From Schmidtea polychroa (Eukaryota): a DNA stretch of 64,000 nt. This document shows, piece after piece, positions 50,319 to 64,000 of the stretch (positions within the stretch are counted from its first letter, which is position 1; every line of letters starts with the position of its first letter). The stretch is taken from the NCBI GenBank assembly GCA_044892525.1, contig CM097885.1, positions 48,920,001 to 48,984,000 on the forward strand, given 5' to 3'. The translations under genes were made by a program, and so were the position numbers. The notes beneath the pieces are model-generated. The model ran no database searches and was not told where the DNA came from. It saw only the letters and a program-made list of their open reading frames with translations.

Positions 50319-51944
50319 CTTATTCAATTGTTAAGTGTACAAATACATTTTGTTGAAAACAACTAAAGATATAAAAATGAATAACCAGAAAATATTACCA
50401 TCATTAAAAACAAATGATTTATCTAGTGTAGTAAATATAATATCAGATTTCCAAACATGTTTAAAAGTAAGGAACCAAAATAAAAACATAATTTAAACGT
50501 AAAACACATGAAAAGTATATGAAAAACAAATGATAGGATATTAAACTATGTTTGAAAATGATCTGTGGAAAATCTAAATTATGACTTAATGATAAATCAT
50601 CTTCTCCAGCTGTAATTTAACATGAGGCATTCAAAGAAGAATTTCCCATGAATTCTATTACCACCAGTACAAACTATTCGGAATTTTATAGAAATGGTTC
50701 TCAAACCAAATATTTGGATTTGAATTATACATAATTAACGATTCAAGTGAAAATTATCAACAGTGATAAAAAAGATTTCATTTATATAGCGGATGCAGTA
50801 CATTATAGTTTTTGTTACAATACGTTGATGAAAAATTAATGACAAGGAAAGTCCCAATTGAAACATATACATTAACAAGTCATTAAATTAAGCTCAGTTC
50901 AAAGTCTACGATTTATTCAGTGAAAATCAAGGAAATTATACATTTTGAAATTGGGAAAAGGGGTCATCATTCTACAAATTACAAATAAAAACTGAAATTC
51001 AATTCGGTCTTTTATATTCAACTTCAAGTTTAAAATTCAGACATTTCAAAATAACTTCATCATCACTCTCGAAAATATCGATTATCGAGAAATATTTATT
51101 TAAGATTTAGAAACTGGCAACTATTTCACTACAAATATGCAACCAAATGTGAGAAATATTGGATATCTAAATAAAAACCAGATATATGGTATATATCTTT
51201 CTGATTTCAGCTTATATCCTTATCACCATTAATTCAAATGTGCTTAATTTTGTTATGTATTTATGTTGTGGTTGAGTTTGTTTCGTGTATTACTTCTTGC
51301 TTTTGTTTGATTTTTCTTTAAACTTGGATTTATTACTTTGGTGTTATGTGAATCCTTTAGTTATGTTTATTTGGTATTTTAAAGTATTTCTAATTTAACT
51401 CAACTTACTGCTATGCTTGCGTGTTATGTTCCAACGTATTTCGTCACGTTGCTTATGCCTGGGCCTAAAATCATTATTCTGACTTAAGTTATAAATTAAA
51501 ATTTTCGTTATGCCTATTGATATAAGAAACCTTTATAAAGTGAAAATTAAAAACTCAACTGCGGCATTTGAATAGCTGGCATATTCATATTTAAATACTT
51601 TCCAGGTACATAATTTTTTCACTGTTAATTAAGTGAAAGATGAAACCAAAATTGCTACGGATAAAAATTATCAAAAGTATTTTAAAATTAACAATTTGAA
51701 AAATTGATTGTGCCTTATCACTTCTTTATTTCAATAAATCTTTAAATAATTTATAAAATTTATTGTCTATAGTTATTTGAAAATAAAGTTAACATAAACA
51801 ATTTTAGTTTAGATATTTTGGCTAAAATAAAATTTGTTTTATTAAATAAGATATTTATATATTCAAATAAAAAAGAAAATTTTTGCTTAAGAATCTAAAT
51901 TATAAAATCTAAACTCTATTTAATAAATAATAAGTATTTTTACT

Positions 51945-54900
51945 ATGGAAAATTTAAATATAAAGATAAATGGTGATTCGCTAGAAAATGAATGTATATT
52001 TTCTACTCTTTAGATATTTGAATTTCTGTTTTTTAGGTAAGTCAAATAGTCAAAACGATCCAGAAATTATTGATCAGGTTTAGTGACAATTTTTAGAACT
52101 TAATTTTGTTAAATATTCTGTCATTAATATATATGATGAATAATTTTTTAGGAGTCTACCATAAATGCCGTAAAGAATGCGATTATGTAAGTAGGATTTG
52201 ATAAATTTAAATAAATACTTTTCGAATATATTTATATTATGGATGTTTCTTATGTAATTTGAAATGAACTCTAAAGTATTTAGAAACTTCAATGAAGGCA
52301 AAGAAACAGAACCAAAAGAGAAATGTCACGAAAAAGGTATTTTACCTATCATTAAAATTCGTATAACTATAAATGCATTTAATTCTTTGCCAAAAATAAT
52401 TTTTTTTGCATTGTAATTTGGAATATTCAAAGTTATTTACAATAAATACATAATAGAAATGTTATAAAAATTATTTCTATATAACAATTAATTTGAACAT
52501 ATAATTGATCAATTGTAACAAAATTGTTGCTTAAATTTTAATAATAATAATTTAGAATTTAAAAACTATAAAAAATATTGTTGCTTTAGTATGCAATCCA
52601 ATTCAAATTGTTTTGTACCCGTATGGCAATTTCTTATTATTTGGAAACATTTGACCAAAATACCTTCTTCCTGATTAAAATTTAAGTCTGGTATGTATTT
52701 TGACTTTTCGACAAAGTTTTACAAATTCGAAAGGTGAACATAATCATTTCCAATAATAAGCATTATATTAAAATGTGAGACAGTGATTTAATTTTTTGTG
52801 TTGAAATTATTTGTCATCATTTCATTTTTACATAACTTGGGTGCTTTTGTAAATCACTTCACCGATATAGGAAAACAAGAATCAGACAGTAATCAATCGT
52901 CTGTTCCTAATTATTAATAAACATTTTAAATATTATTTTTGATAATCCACGACTAAATACGATTAGTAAAATTTTCATTTAATAATTCTGGGAACAAAAT
53001 GTAGGTTTTCGGGCATCTCATTCAATAACAATCTTTCATTTTGTAATATAATTAAACAGATTTCATCAGGCGTGCACCAGATTTTTCGCTTAGGGGGCTC
53101 AACTTGACAGATATATGGGTCGAGTTAACTTTCAATATATAGTACAGACGAAAAATAAAATATTAAGTACTCTTATAATCAATTTGAATAGGAAGGGGTA
53201 AAAATTCATTGTATTTACTACAAGGGGTACCGCTTATTTGACACATCGCACGCCCCTGCTTATCAATTCTTATTATCCTGGGGACTTAGTAAGCCCTTTT
53301 GTAGTTAATCGTTTCCAATTAATAATTTAGATAATTTCTCTCATTAAAATTTGGCAAACGTCACAATGAATTTAATGAGTTTTTATGGTCTTAGTGGACT
53401 GTTCCGTCAAGCTCCTGGTGCGTATCTGGTTAGCTCGGTATGTCAAGGTTCTATAAAAATTTAGTTTATAATTCATATTCCGTGTAACATTGAGAAATAT
53501 CAATAATTAGGTGATTGTAATGACGAAGTTATATTAATTTAAAAAGTATATTCAACTCTGTATATTTGTTCGGTTTGTTCCACTACAATTACTACAGTTA
53601 GTGGCTCCATTAGACCTGTGTGAATTGAAAGTGTTTGAATTTGAAATGTTTGGATTGGATATTTCATTAAATATTGAACAACGATAAAAACTCAAAAACA
53701 ATCAAAAAAAGAATTTTACATTGTTTTTATTAAAAGATATCTTATATACAGTAACGGATTTAGCGATAGGCGTGGGGCGAGTCCCCCCCAACGCCCCTGT
53801 TAAATTCTAATTGGCGCCCCCCCAAAGATAATTTTATGAATTTTTCTCTTATTACAGTTTTGTCTATGTATAAAGTTCAACTGGATTTAAGCAACTCCAG
53901 CTGTTATGCTGCATCATATTAATAATATTACATAGCTCCAGTGAAGAGCAACTGTTTGAAGTTTTTAAGCTTGTATACTGCCAGTAGTTCAATCAACTGA
54001 AGTTTCTGCTAAAAATGAGCATGTATTTGATGATCACACCCATCTACGCATTCGAGTTCCTGTGCTGAGACTGCTGAGACAGAAACATCATCTGAAGTTC
54101 TTGTTGAAGATGAGCAAGTAGTTGATGAATAACACCCAGCTATACATCCATGTGTAGAGAATATTGAGACGGTAACATTACCTGCTCAGGGCTTGAAATA
54201 TAATCAGGGTGATTCAGAATTTGATACAGTGGAAAAACAACTTACTTCAGATATTTTACAAGAACCACTTTTCCTTAATCCGACTTTCCTACAAATCCAG
54301 GGCTCTACATTAATACAAGCATAAGCTCGAAACTGATACGAAAATTGTTTGAAATCGGACCATGTCAACCTGGACTCAATGAACCATTTCAATTTCCGAC
54401 AGATGAATTGGGGTGCAAGTTTCAAATTTCTTGGTACACAAAATTTTTTGGAAAAGGTAAGATGAAGGAGGAAAGAAATTGGCTTGTCTATTCACCAACA
54501 AATCAAAAAATGCATTGCCAAGTTTGCTGGTTATTCGCTAATTCTAAAACTGAAAATTATAGCAAGGAATGGTCCGACCCAAATTTTGGAGTTAATAACT
54601 GGAAAAAAGGCATGGAAAAAATCGTTAAATATGAAACTTCCAATCAACATCAAAGTGCAATATGTCAATATTTGCTGGCTAAATATCGCATTTCAAATGA
54701 TAAAACTGTGATATCTCGTTTGATCAGTCAGGATCGTTATCAAGTGGAAAAAAATAGAGAAGTTTTGAAACGAATGGTAGATGCAACGTTGTTTTTAGCA
54801 AAACAAGGTTTGCCATTTAGAGGACACAGAGAACATTCTCGCTCTGACAGGTGTAGTAATACTGGAAATTTTCGTGAATTGCTATTTTTATTGGCTAAAT

Positions 54901-57900
54901 ATGATTCCACTTTGGACAATCATCTAAAGTTTGAAAAGAAAAATGAACTTTATTTATGTCATGATGTACAAAATGACCTAATTCAATCACTTGCCTCAGA
55001 ATTATCCGCAAATATTGATAATGAAGTTAGGTCCGCACAATTCTTTTCTCTAATTGTTGATTCAACAATTGATATATCCAGAGTTGATCAGATGTCAGTT
55101 TCTTTAAGTTTAGTGTTAAAATCAGGACAAGTTGTTGAACGATTTATAGGCTTCTACACGTTGGAAAACAGTAATGCTGCAACATTTTCTGATAGATTAT
55201 TAACGGAGTTACAAAAGCGAAACATTGGCATTACACTTTGTAGAGGACAGGCATATTATGGTGCCTCTGTGATGTCTGGGATTAAAAATGGTCTTCAAAC
55301 TAAGATAAAGACACTTTCACCAAATGCCATCTTTGTTCACTGTTGTTCTCATGCATTGAATTTGGTGACTATTGAAGCAATGTCTCTTAACAGTGATGTT
55401 CAGTTGTTTTTTGGTACAACAGAAAAGTAGTATACTTTCCTTACATCAAGTCTACCACGACTACATATTCTCGAAGAACATCAGAAGTCTCGATATGAAT
55501 CGACAGTAGATACTCTAAAACGACTTTCTGATACAAGATGGGCAAGCCGAAAGCATGCAGTTGTTGGATCATTCTCCGCTATTATATCTACTCTAGAAGA
55601 TATAAATTTTGGGGAATCAAAAGAACACAAAGGAAGTGTCAGCAGAAGCTATGGGATTATCTATTTTGGTAACAAAATATTCTTTTGTTTTTCTGATGCT
55701 ATTTCTACAAAAGCTGTTAGATAATATCTTTGTTCTCAAACTATTTGCAACGAAAGGACATTGATATTGCATTTGCAAAACAATTGATTTATGTTGCCAG
55801 AAATAAGTTTGCTGATATGAGAAGTGATAAAGCTTTTGAAAGTCTAAATGTTGCTGTAAAATCATTTATTATCAAAAATTGTTCCTTACTAGATGTCAAA
55901 ATTTATGTGACATTTACAAAAACGATATTAATATTGAAGAAGCAATCCTAGAATATGATACTTTCAAATACGTGTATGCATCAATACGCCCATTACTATC
56001 TTGTGAACTACAACTTAAAGAGGTGCTGCCTTTTTTGGTTTGAAAACAGATGAAACCAGGATTTCCCAATTTGACAATTCTCTATAAAATATACTTGACT
56101 CTTCCTGTTACATCTGCTACTGCTGAAAGAAGTTTCAGTAGACTGAAAATCATCAAAAGTTATTTGCGATCAACAATGACAAACGAACGTCTGTCTGGAT
56201 TAGCATTAATTTCAATAGAACACGAACTGGCTGAGAACATTGACTTTGAATCGACTATAAATCGTTTTGCTTCAATGAAATCACGCAGGAAGCAATTTAA
56301 ATAAAAAAACTTGTATGTTTGTTACATCAATAAATTTACTAGAATAAATTTACTGAATATAATGCTTTTTAATAATATTAGTATTCACTCAATACTCGCG
56401 AAAATAAGTAGTACCATCTTCATAATTTGTGGCGCCCCCTGAAAATTTTCCTCGCCCCCCCCCAACGCACCAAAATCTAAATTCGCCACTGCTTATATAT
56501 ACAGAAATTTCTTTTAATTGTAAAATAACAATCGATGAAGAACATTATTGTGAAAGATAAGGTTGTTCGTAAAACGCGGGATTGCGGGAAAGCAACGGAT
56601 GAAATGCGGAAAAACCCCCGTTTTACTCATGGATATACTCAATAATTTATTTATTATTTAAATAAATTTATAATAGCAAATTCCAGTTTCAGTCGAATCA
56701 ATGGAGAATTAATTTTTTAATTATATAAAATAAAATGGCTGGTGCTACCCCGGCAGTTTATAATGAACGTCTGCAGTGCAAATATGAACATCAATGGGAA
56801 CAAAGGTCACCAACACCTTCAACATGCTGCATGCGCATATGTACACACGTACGCACAGACCCACACACAGAATATGACTACTCACGCCAGACACACAACA
56901 GTGAGTCATGTTAATGAAGGATTGTCATTTTCTGAGAATATGGCTACTCGGAGAGAGCTTACAGACTTTCAGAAAGGCATTATTTACTGATGATACATTT
57001 GTGGAACAAACCAGAGTGAAACTGCTGCACTGACTGGCCATCCCAAAGGAACTATTAACTACTTCTTGAGGAAGTAGCGTCAGGAGTAGGCACATGTCAA
57101 CAAATAAAATTCAGGCCGCCCTAAACTTCTGAGCATCCGTACAAAACGGCAGCTGAAACGACTTGTGGCGTCTCATCGTCGGTTTACCCTGTCCAAGTTA
57201 GTGTTCAAATTTACCACTGGCCCTGTGCATGCCAGCATGTCCACCATTCGTCGCGCATTACATTTTCATGGTTTCTGTGGCAGATACTGCACAAAGAAGC
57301 CTTTGATTACAGAAACAATTCGTTGTCGTCACTTAAAGTGGTGCCGGGAGAGAAGGAGTTTGCCAGCAGAACAGTGGCGCTCAGTCATTTAGAGTGATGA
57401 ATCACGTTTCACTCTTTTCAAATCTGATGGACTGCAATTCTGTGGCGTCGAGTAGGAGAACGATTTCCAACAAGATAATGCATCAATCCATACTTCGCAC
57501 ATTATGAAGGAATTCTTTTTGCAGTACAGCATCAACGTTTTGGATTTGGTTCCATAAAGCCCTGATCTGAATCCTATTGAGTTCCTGTGGTACGTCCTTG
57601 GTAGACGAGTTCGCAAAATGATTCCCATAGCCCGAAACGCATCTGCATGAGGAATGGTCACACATCTCCCCTCATTTCCTGGCAAAAGTGGTCGATGCAG
57701 ACAGAACAAACTCCACTTGACCATCATGAAAATTCTGAAGTCATCGACAATTGTTGCAAATCCGACGTCCCACCAACTAAAAAATCAAAAAACCCGAACA
57801 AATCAAAAAAATTAAAGAAATCGACGAAAGTTAAATTCGAAAAACCAGATTCATTTGAATGTGCTATGTGCAAATAAATTTTTTTCAAATATTTTCAAAC

Positions 57901-58496
57901 ATTGTTCGCGCTTTTTACCCACATTCCCGCTGAATAATAATAAAGTCTTCCCGCATTTTACCCGTTTCTTTACCGTGACTCCCGCATCCCATAAACCCGT
58001 GTTTTACTTACAACTGACAGAAAACCATCAATTTTTTTTGATTTGATTTTATTTTCGAATATTAGTGAGAGTTGAAATTAAAACTTTTACTGATAATATT
58101 TCAAAGAACTTCAATTTCATCAGTTATTCTTGTTTAGAAGAAGGCACTATAAATATGAACATTGTAAATTATTTACTCCAAATTCAACAAATAAGTATAT
58201 ATTTTTTGCCAAATATAAAACTATTAATTTACATTTAATAGTAAATGATGATGAAAAGCGACTTGAAAGTTATTGTTTATCGAACAGCTTTTGTTAGTTT
58301 TTATTATAAATCATGAAATTTATTTGTGTTATGACTTACATAATAATAATATTTAATTAATTAAATAATTAATTAGTTTTTGATTGATATCTGTAGCTAA
58401 TGAAGAAATCGAACCATCTTCAAAAATTGAATTTTCTCAAAACATGTCAATTAGCGAGTTCGAAATCTCAATGGACTTTCTGAAGCAAACTATCAG
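51945..58496 (+). CDS. Multi-exon gene of unknown function (5' part; probably continues beyond the window)
   Basis: Exons 51945-51993, 52037-52077, 52152-52186, 52284-52336 and 58397-58496, all with GT-AG introns and compatible phases, give MENLNIKINGDSLENECKSNSQNDPEIIDQESTINAVKNAIINFNEGKETEPKEKCHEKANEEIEPSSKIEFSQNMSISEFEISMDFLKQTI. Confidence 0.6.
53749..56491 (+). mobile_element. hAT (Tip100/ZMYM1-like) transposon with decayed transposase
   Basis: Imperfect TIRs CAGTRRCGRATTTAG, perfect TSD CTTATATA; motifs RNWLVYS..CQVC, LAKQGLPFRGH, FSLIVDSTIDIS, FVHCCSHALNL, DTRWASR, TLPVTSATAERSFSRLKIIKSYLRSTM; stops and frameshifts present. Confidence 0.93.
56561..58015. mobile_element. Probable MULE-type non-autonomous element containing a Tc1 fragment
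   Basis: Imperfect TIRs GGTTGTTCGTAAAACGCGGG / CCCGTGTTTTACTTACAACT; 9-bp flanks GAAAGATAA/GACAGAAAA (7/9 match). Confidence 0.55.
56940..57690 (+). mobile_element. Tc1 transposase remnant
   Basis: RELTDFQKGII, SGRPKLLS, STIRRALH, KKPLI, WRSVI*SDESRF, FQQDNA.IH and SPDLNPIE motifs. Confidence 0.9.
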
Positions 58497-58619
58497 GTTA
58501 AGTTTTTTTTATTTTACAACTAATATTTCTAAAACTATTCAGTAAATTAACAACTACATTTTCACATAATTTTTAAATTTTCAGATATTTAATCCCTTTT
58601 AGTATCAGGACATAATTTG

Positions 58620-59164
58620 CCGATATTTGTTTAATTTTCATCAGATAATCTGTCAAGTTTCTCCCAGTCAAATTCATTGTGCAAATTGCACGAGGCAATC
58701 CATAACCTTGATAAAATGGCATAATATGTGTGTCACATCATCTCTGAATCTAAGAAAATGCCGGTAGTTCTTCCTGGGGCATAAAGAGTCAGAATAGCTT
58801 GGATAACAACATACATAATTTGAGTCATTATTTCTCTGTTAGCTTTTGAATTCAGTGGTACTTCGTTATGAAGAACTGGATGCTCTTTTAGCGCAATTCT
58901 CAATTCATTGTAAAACGTATGATTCTTTATTACATCATCCCAATTTGTAACAATGGCCTATTGAGTTGGATAATTCAAAGTTAAAGAACTCTCTTAGATT
59001 GAGGTTCGTTACCTATTTGTTTGACCAATACCAAATATAACTTCTTCATATCTTGGTCGACCAACAATTGAAAGAAAAACAGCTCTTGGGGCGTCATATC
59101 CAGCTTTGTACATTCTAGATCCATTATCAATAACCATAGTGACAACATCTTTGTTCATCTTCAT
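58620..59164 (-). pseudogene. Actin pseudogene (N-terminal half, intronless, decayed)
   Basis: [81 protein letters not shown]; deletions and frameshifts. Confidence 0.92.
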
Positions 59165-59369
59165 TGTAACCAAATATTTAAAATAAAGAAATAATTCCAA
59201 GAATCCTAAATTTTTTACTCCAAAAAACAAAATCCCTAAACATCTCAAAAACAAAATTCCGTAAGAAATCAATCAAAAATTTACAAACAATAAATTACAT
59301 TTAACTACTCGGCTTGTGCCAAATCAATGCAAACACAGGCGCAAGTAGTTGGAATTAATACAGTTAGTA

Positions 59370-61324
59370 CAGTAAAATCTCGATATAACGGTCAAATGTA
59401 AAAAATTAAAAACGTCCTGTTAATATTATACATGCTTAAATTCAAGTGTCACCGCATGTTAACAATTTTTAACGGCCATGGTAGTCCGTCATACGCCATA
59501 CCACTAAATTTTGAGACGTAATGCCGCCCTGGTCGTAAACTGCACCTAGCCGGAGCAATAATAACGCGTCGGTTTCGACGCAGCACACTGTTGTTTGTCA
59601 CGCTGGCTGGAGATTCATGCAACTCTACAGCAGTTTAACTTGTTTACTCGAAGTGAGATAACGCATTTAATGTACTCTAGTAATACATTGAAATTTTCGC
59701 AATCCTACCCTTTAATTATGGACAAACGGAAACGAATCAATCTAGCGATCAATCGAAAATTAGAAATTATACAAAATTTGCGTCTGGTATGTGTGAACAA
59801 TATGGCATTAAAAAGAAAACTATTTCCGACATAAAAAAACAAAAACAAATAAATTTGCTTTAACATGTGAGGTAGGAGAGAACAGAAATCCCAGAAAACG
59901 AATGAAATTGGCTTGTAAAACTTCACTTGAAGAAGCAATCTTAAAATGGTACACCCAACAACTTTTTAGTGGGGTTCCGGTTCGGGCAGTCGAATCGAAA
60001 TCCATTGCAATTAAATTAGCAAATCATATGAACATACTATTCAGAGCAAGGGATGGATAGCTCTAGTACTTTCGCAAAAGGCACGGAATCAAGAATAAAG
60101 TATTTAAGGCGAAGCTTCAAGTCCACTAAAAGTAGAAATTGAACTTTTAGGCAAAAATTAATAGAAAATTTAAGTAACGAAATGCTATTAGAATCTCATA
60201 TTTACAATGCTGGCGAAACCGGTTTGTTATGGCATACTTTGCCTGAAAGCACACTAATATAAAAAATATAAAATTAATATAAAAAATCAAAACCTGGAAG
60301 AAAAATCAAGGACAGAATATCGGTATGGCTTTGTGCCAACACTGATGTATCGCATAGACTGACTCCTGTAATTTTTGGCAAATCTCGTAAACCTAGATTT
60401 TTAAAAAGATATAATGCATCATCTGTCTGTTTCATATTATAACTCTAATAAGGCATGGTTCAACTTAGATATTTTCAAAAACTGGTTTTAAAAGAATTTG
60501 TACCTTAAGTGGGATTATTTAATGGGAAGAAACTGGAAATACCACCGGAAGAGGGGAAATGTTTATTGATTTTAAAAACAATGCTAATGCTCATCCCTCT
60601 GAAAATATTATACGTTCAGAGGATGGCAACGTCAGTTGTATGTTTTTGCCAACCCATGAATCAGGGAATAATTTTGGCAGCCAAACCAATTTATCTCAGA
60701 AAGTGTTACTATTTAAAATACACACTTTTTAATTTTGCTGCGGCATATAAAGATGAGAAAGAGGAAATATTAAAAATTGGTTGGAAGAATTTGTTTGATA
60801 GCCAAGACGCATACATAGATTTAGAAGGGTTAGAAGTTCCTGATTTCTGAAGGATTATACATAATAATGCCGAACAAAGATGTTTTATAATGGCTAGATA
60901 AAGATGAAGGTGATCTTGGGTATAATATCGTGACTGAAAGTGAAATAGCAGATAAAATTATGAACCTAAAAAATGAAGATAAAAAATGAAGCGAAGTGAA
61001 GATATCGAAGAAGACACAACACTGCAAAAAATGAAGTTATCTATGGTTAAGGTATCTATAACATTTATAACACGATAACGAAGTTCAACTATATTATACG
61101 CATTTTCGTAATTGTAGAGAGTTGATTATAAAAAAAAAACAGAAAAATTGATTCCTTTTTTAAAAAAGGATTACTGAAAGCAACCGCGTCGATATCAAAC
61201 AGCAACGTCACTTCACGACGTGTCCAAAGACAATTAAATAGAATTTTTTTGTGTTTTATATTTTTTTATTTATACCTATTTTTATATAACGGACAGTCCC
61301 TCCCCCAATTAGTACGTTTTACTG
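59370..61324 (+). mobile_element. pogo/Tigger (jerky-like) transposon, decayed
   Basis: TA|CAGTAAAA..TTTTACTG|TA; CENP-B-like KRKRINLAINRKLEII, IYNAGETGLLW, KDRISVWLCANT, NKAWF and QPMNQGII motifs. Confidence 0.88.
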
Positions 61325-61561
61325 TAGTAGGATTTTTCCTGTCATATATAACCCCACCGGTGTTACGCAATTATTATTGAAAGTTGTTTATCACTTGACC
61401 TTTTGAAGTTGTTACAGAAACCCACTGGTATTACGAAATTAATTTATGAAATTATGTAATAATTGACATTTTGACCTATAAAACCCACTAATGTCACGTA
61501 ATTATATTGTGAAGTTATGTGATTGGACACTAATTGTTGTCGCCAACACAACCCATGATAC

Positions 61562-61752
61562 TGTTGGGGTTTGGCTCGTTCAGAGCTTAAGTTTATTAGC
61601 CATATAGAGGCTAGGACAATAGGTATAATAATAAGAGGCAAACAGTAATAATAATTGTTAAAAACAGTAGTAATTTGTAACTAAAAATAAATTATAAATA
61701 AAAATAGTATCATAAAATTAATATATTTAGATATATATTATAATAGGTAATT

Positions 61753-61816
<64 letters not shown>

Positions 61817-62666
61817 CTATAATTATTATTTATAATTAGTAAGTTAGTATAAATAAGTATGAAATAAATTTTGATCTGTGCTGACAAAATCAATAGCGAT
61901 TAAGCAACAGTTTTCAGAGAAAAAATATTTAACCAGTTAGTGGAAAGCAATTTAATACTGCGGAGAATTAGTGCACATATTTATCAGTTGTTGTGATTAG
62001 GAATTACTAAGGAAACTACCAGCTACTGCCCCAGAAATTTGTTATATAAAGGCAGATATAAAGTCAATCAGAGAGACAAATTTGTTCAAGCAATTCCTGC
62101 TTTGAAGCAATTATAATACTCGTAGAAGAATTAAAAACTGTAAAGCTTGTATTGTTCAAAAGAAAAATGAAAACAAACAATATTCTTAGCCGTAAGGTTA
62201 TTTGAATATCTATTTATAAATAGAAATATTTGCACAACTCGGTCACGAGAAGCAGCAATTTTGTCTGTCTTACTCGTTGGAAATTAAAATATCAGAGGGT
62301 TTTAATATATGTATCACTAGATCAATCTTGATCTAGACGATCGCGTAAAATTCGGGTAATACCTCCTTCTTATTCCTAACTTTAAATACAGTGCTGTGAG
62401 CAAATGGATCCAGCATTTGTCACTTATAAATTAGGGCGGTTTGTATAACCGATAATCTTTCCTTCATAGTATTCAGCGGCATTTTTGGGAAACATAATTA
62501 TTGCAATTGTATATTTGTGCATATTTAATAAAGTTCTTTATATTCACGTCTTGTTTAATCCATATTAAATTATTTATGTTTACACGCACATATTTGGTAT
62601 TTATATCTTTGGAGTCAGATATAATCTGTGTTAGGAAGAATCAATCCACCTGATCAGAACCTAACA
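61562..62666 (+). mobile_element. Solo LTR (1.1 kb)
   Basis: TGTTGGGGTT..AACCTAACA termini, perfect 4-bp TSD ATAC, internal TATATAAAGG and AATAAA. Confidence 0.72.
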
Positions 62667-64000
62667 ATACAATGGCTTGCTATACTATTCAATACTCGTT
62701 GAATGATAAACGTTGGAACTGTGTAGAATAGGTGAATACATTCGAAAGTAAGCGTACCTTTGTATACTATGATCGTCGAGCATTCGAGCTGGTTCGCGGA
62801 TTACCGTTAGAAGGAAATTGTGTTCGACTTATTCGGGTCCCTGTATTATTTAATTACGAAACTTTATCACTTATAAATTCGAATCAAACTTTAATTTATT
62901 CAACAACTTCACTACAATAAGCAACAGGTGAGATCCGCTGATATTCCGCTTCCTCTACGCATTTCCCTCGCCAAGGATTTATATTATATATATATGTGTG
63001 TGTGTGTAACCGTTCGAGTTCAAGTTTCCCTCTAATGCTAAAAAAACAATATATTTATTCCCATTTATGCAGTTTCATGTGTCTATCGATTCTAATTCTG
63101 CACTGGAGTTGCCTATAATATGCGCGTTGTCTAGTGCTTCCCAGCTTCCCTGATTTACACTTCCCATTCGGGTCGGGTTTACTGGTTCTTCGGCTCGGCA
63201 GAGGAAAGATAATCTGCTCCAATACGTAATCGTCGATTTTTCGTTGACTCGCTTGCATTTCCAATTGTCGTATTTTGACTTTAAACGCCCTGATCTCTAA
63301 TTGATATTTGGCTGCTTGGGTTTGTAATTAGGCGATTACCTCAACCCGCTTCTGCATCGACTCTGGCTAGAACCAAGTACTTTCGAATATCCGACATCAA
63401 CTGGCAAGACTTTATTCTCGCGCTAATGTTTTCTACTAACTACAGTTCTAACTGTACCACTGAAATAAACATATCGATCAATCCTGACGTTAATTCGCGT
63501 CTGTGTGCGCGTTGGATTCGGAGATGGTGTTTGTTTTTTGTATGCGCACACAGACGCGATCAGTGTATTTTGGAGATTTATTGTCAAGTTGTTTAAATTT
63601 TGTAAGTTTTTGATTGTTTTGAAAATAAAAAGGTTTTAAAAAATTCGTTTTATTAATTTCGATATGGAAAATGCTAAGGATAATGAATATGATGAATTTG
63701 TTTTGAGTGGTCATTCGAATGTTGTTTTGTCAGAAGTTTGTGACAATAAATCGAGAGTTGCATTCACTGGTCGAATGGATATATAATTGTATGGAGTTTA
63801 GGGGATGGCAAACAGAGTGATATATTATATGGACATTCAGAATCAATAACGAAATTAATCAACAAAACTAACTCATTCCTTGTAAGTGTGGATTTATGTG
63901 ATTATGTAATCGTATGGAAATTAAATCTTGATCAAATGAAGTTGAATAAATTCAAATCAGTTGAAGGTTCAGAAATGATTGACTTTAAGCGGACAGTTGA

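Noticed and set aside
53067..53258. Small hAT-like MITE (CAGGCGTGC..GCACGCCCCTG)
   Set aside because: TIRs are imperfect and no TSD was found; lone hAT-like ends at 9278 and 36390 are likewise unsupported.
63055..63400. Minus-strand GC-richer ORF fragment as a gene or gag
   Set aside because: Probably retroelement-derived, but no diagnostic motif could be recognised.

Overview
Very AT-rich eukaryotic (animal) genomic DNA with many 43-70 nt introns alternating with multi-kb, transposon-filled introns; the style suggests a planarian/flatworm genome (inference). The main host gene is a + strand myotubularin of the MTMR6/7/8 group: 11 exons at 6679-30316, an intact HCSDGWDRT catalytic loop and a degenerate C-terminal FYVE finger; its 5' end was not found. 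A second multi-exon gene of unknown function starts at about 51945 and is missed by the ORF track. Most of the rest is mobile DNA: a full-length Ty3/gypsy element with 153-bp LTRs and a -1 frameshift site, three solo LTRs with 4-bp TSDs, hAT, Merlin, Chapaev3, MULE, Tc1/mariner and pogo/Tigger derivatives, a Penelope-like RT remnant and an actin pseudogene. The most unusual signals are (i) a decayed, intronless TBP-fold-like ORF in a compact, possibly mobile gene cassette at about 31.1-35 kb, (ii) fold-back (palindromic) insertions in (AAT)n microsatellites that look like Penelope-type 3' ends, and (iii) a multi-template repair scar at 39.5 kb. All family assignments come from reading motifs by eye; no database searches were run.
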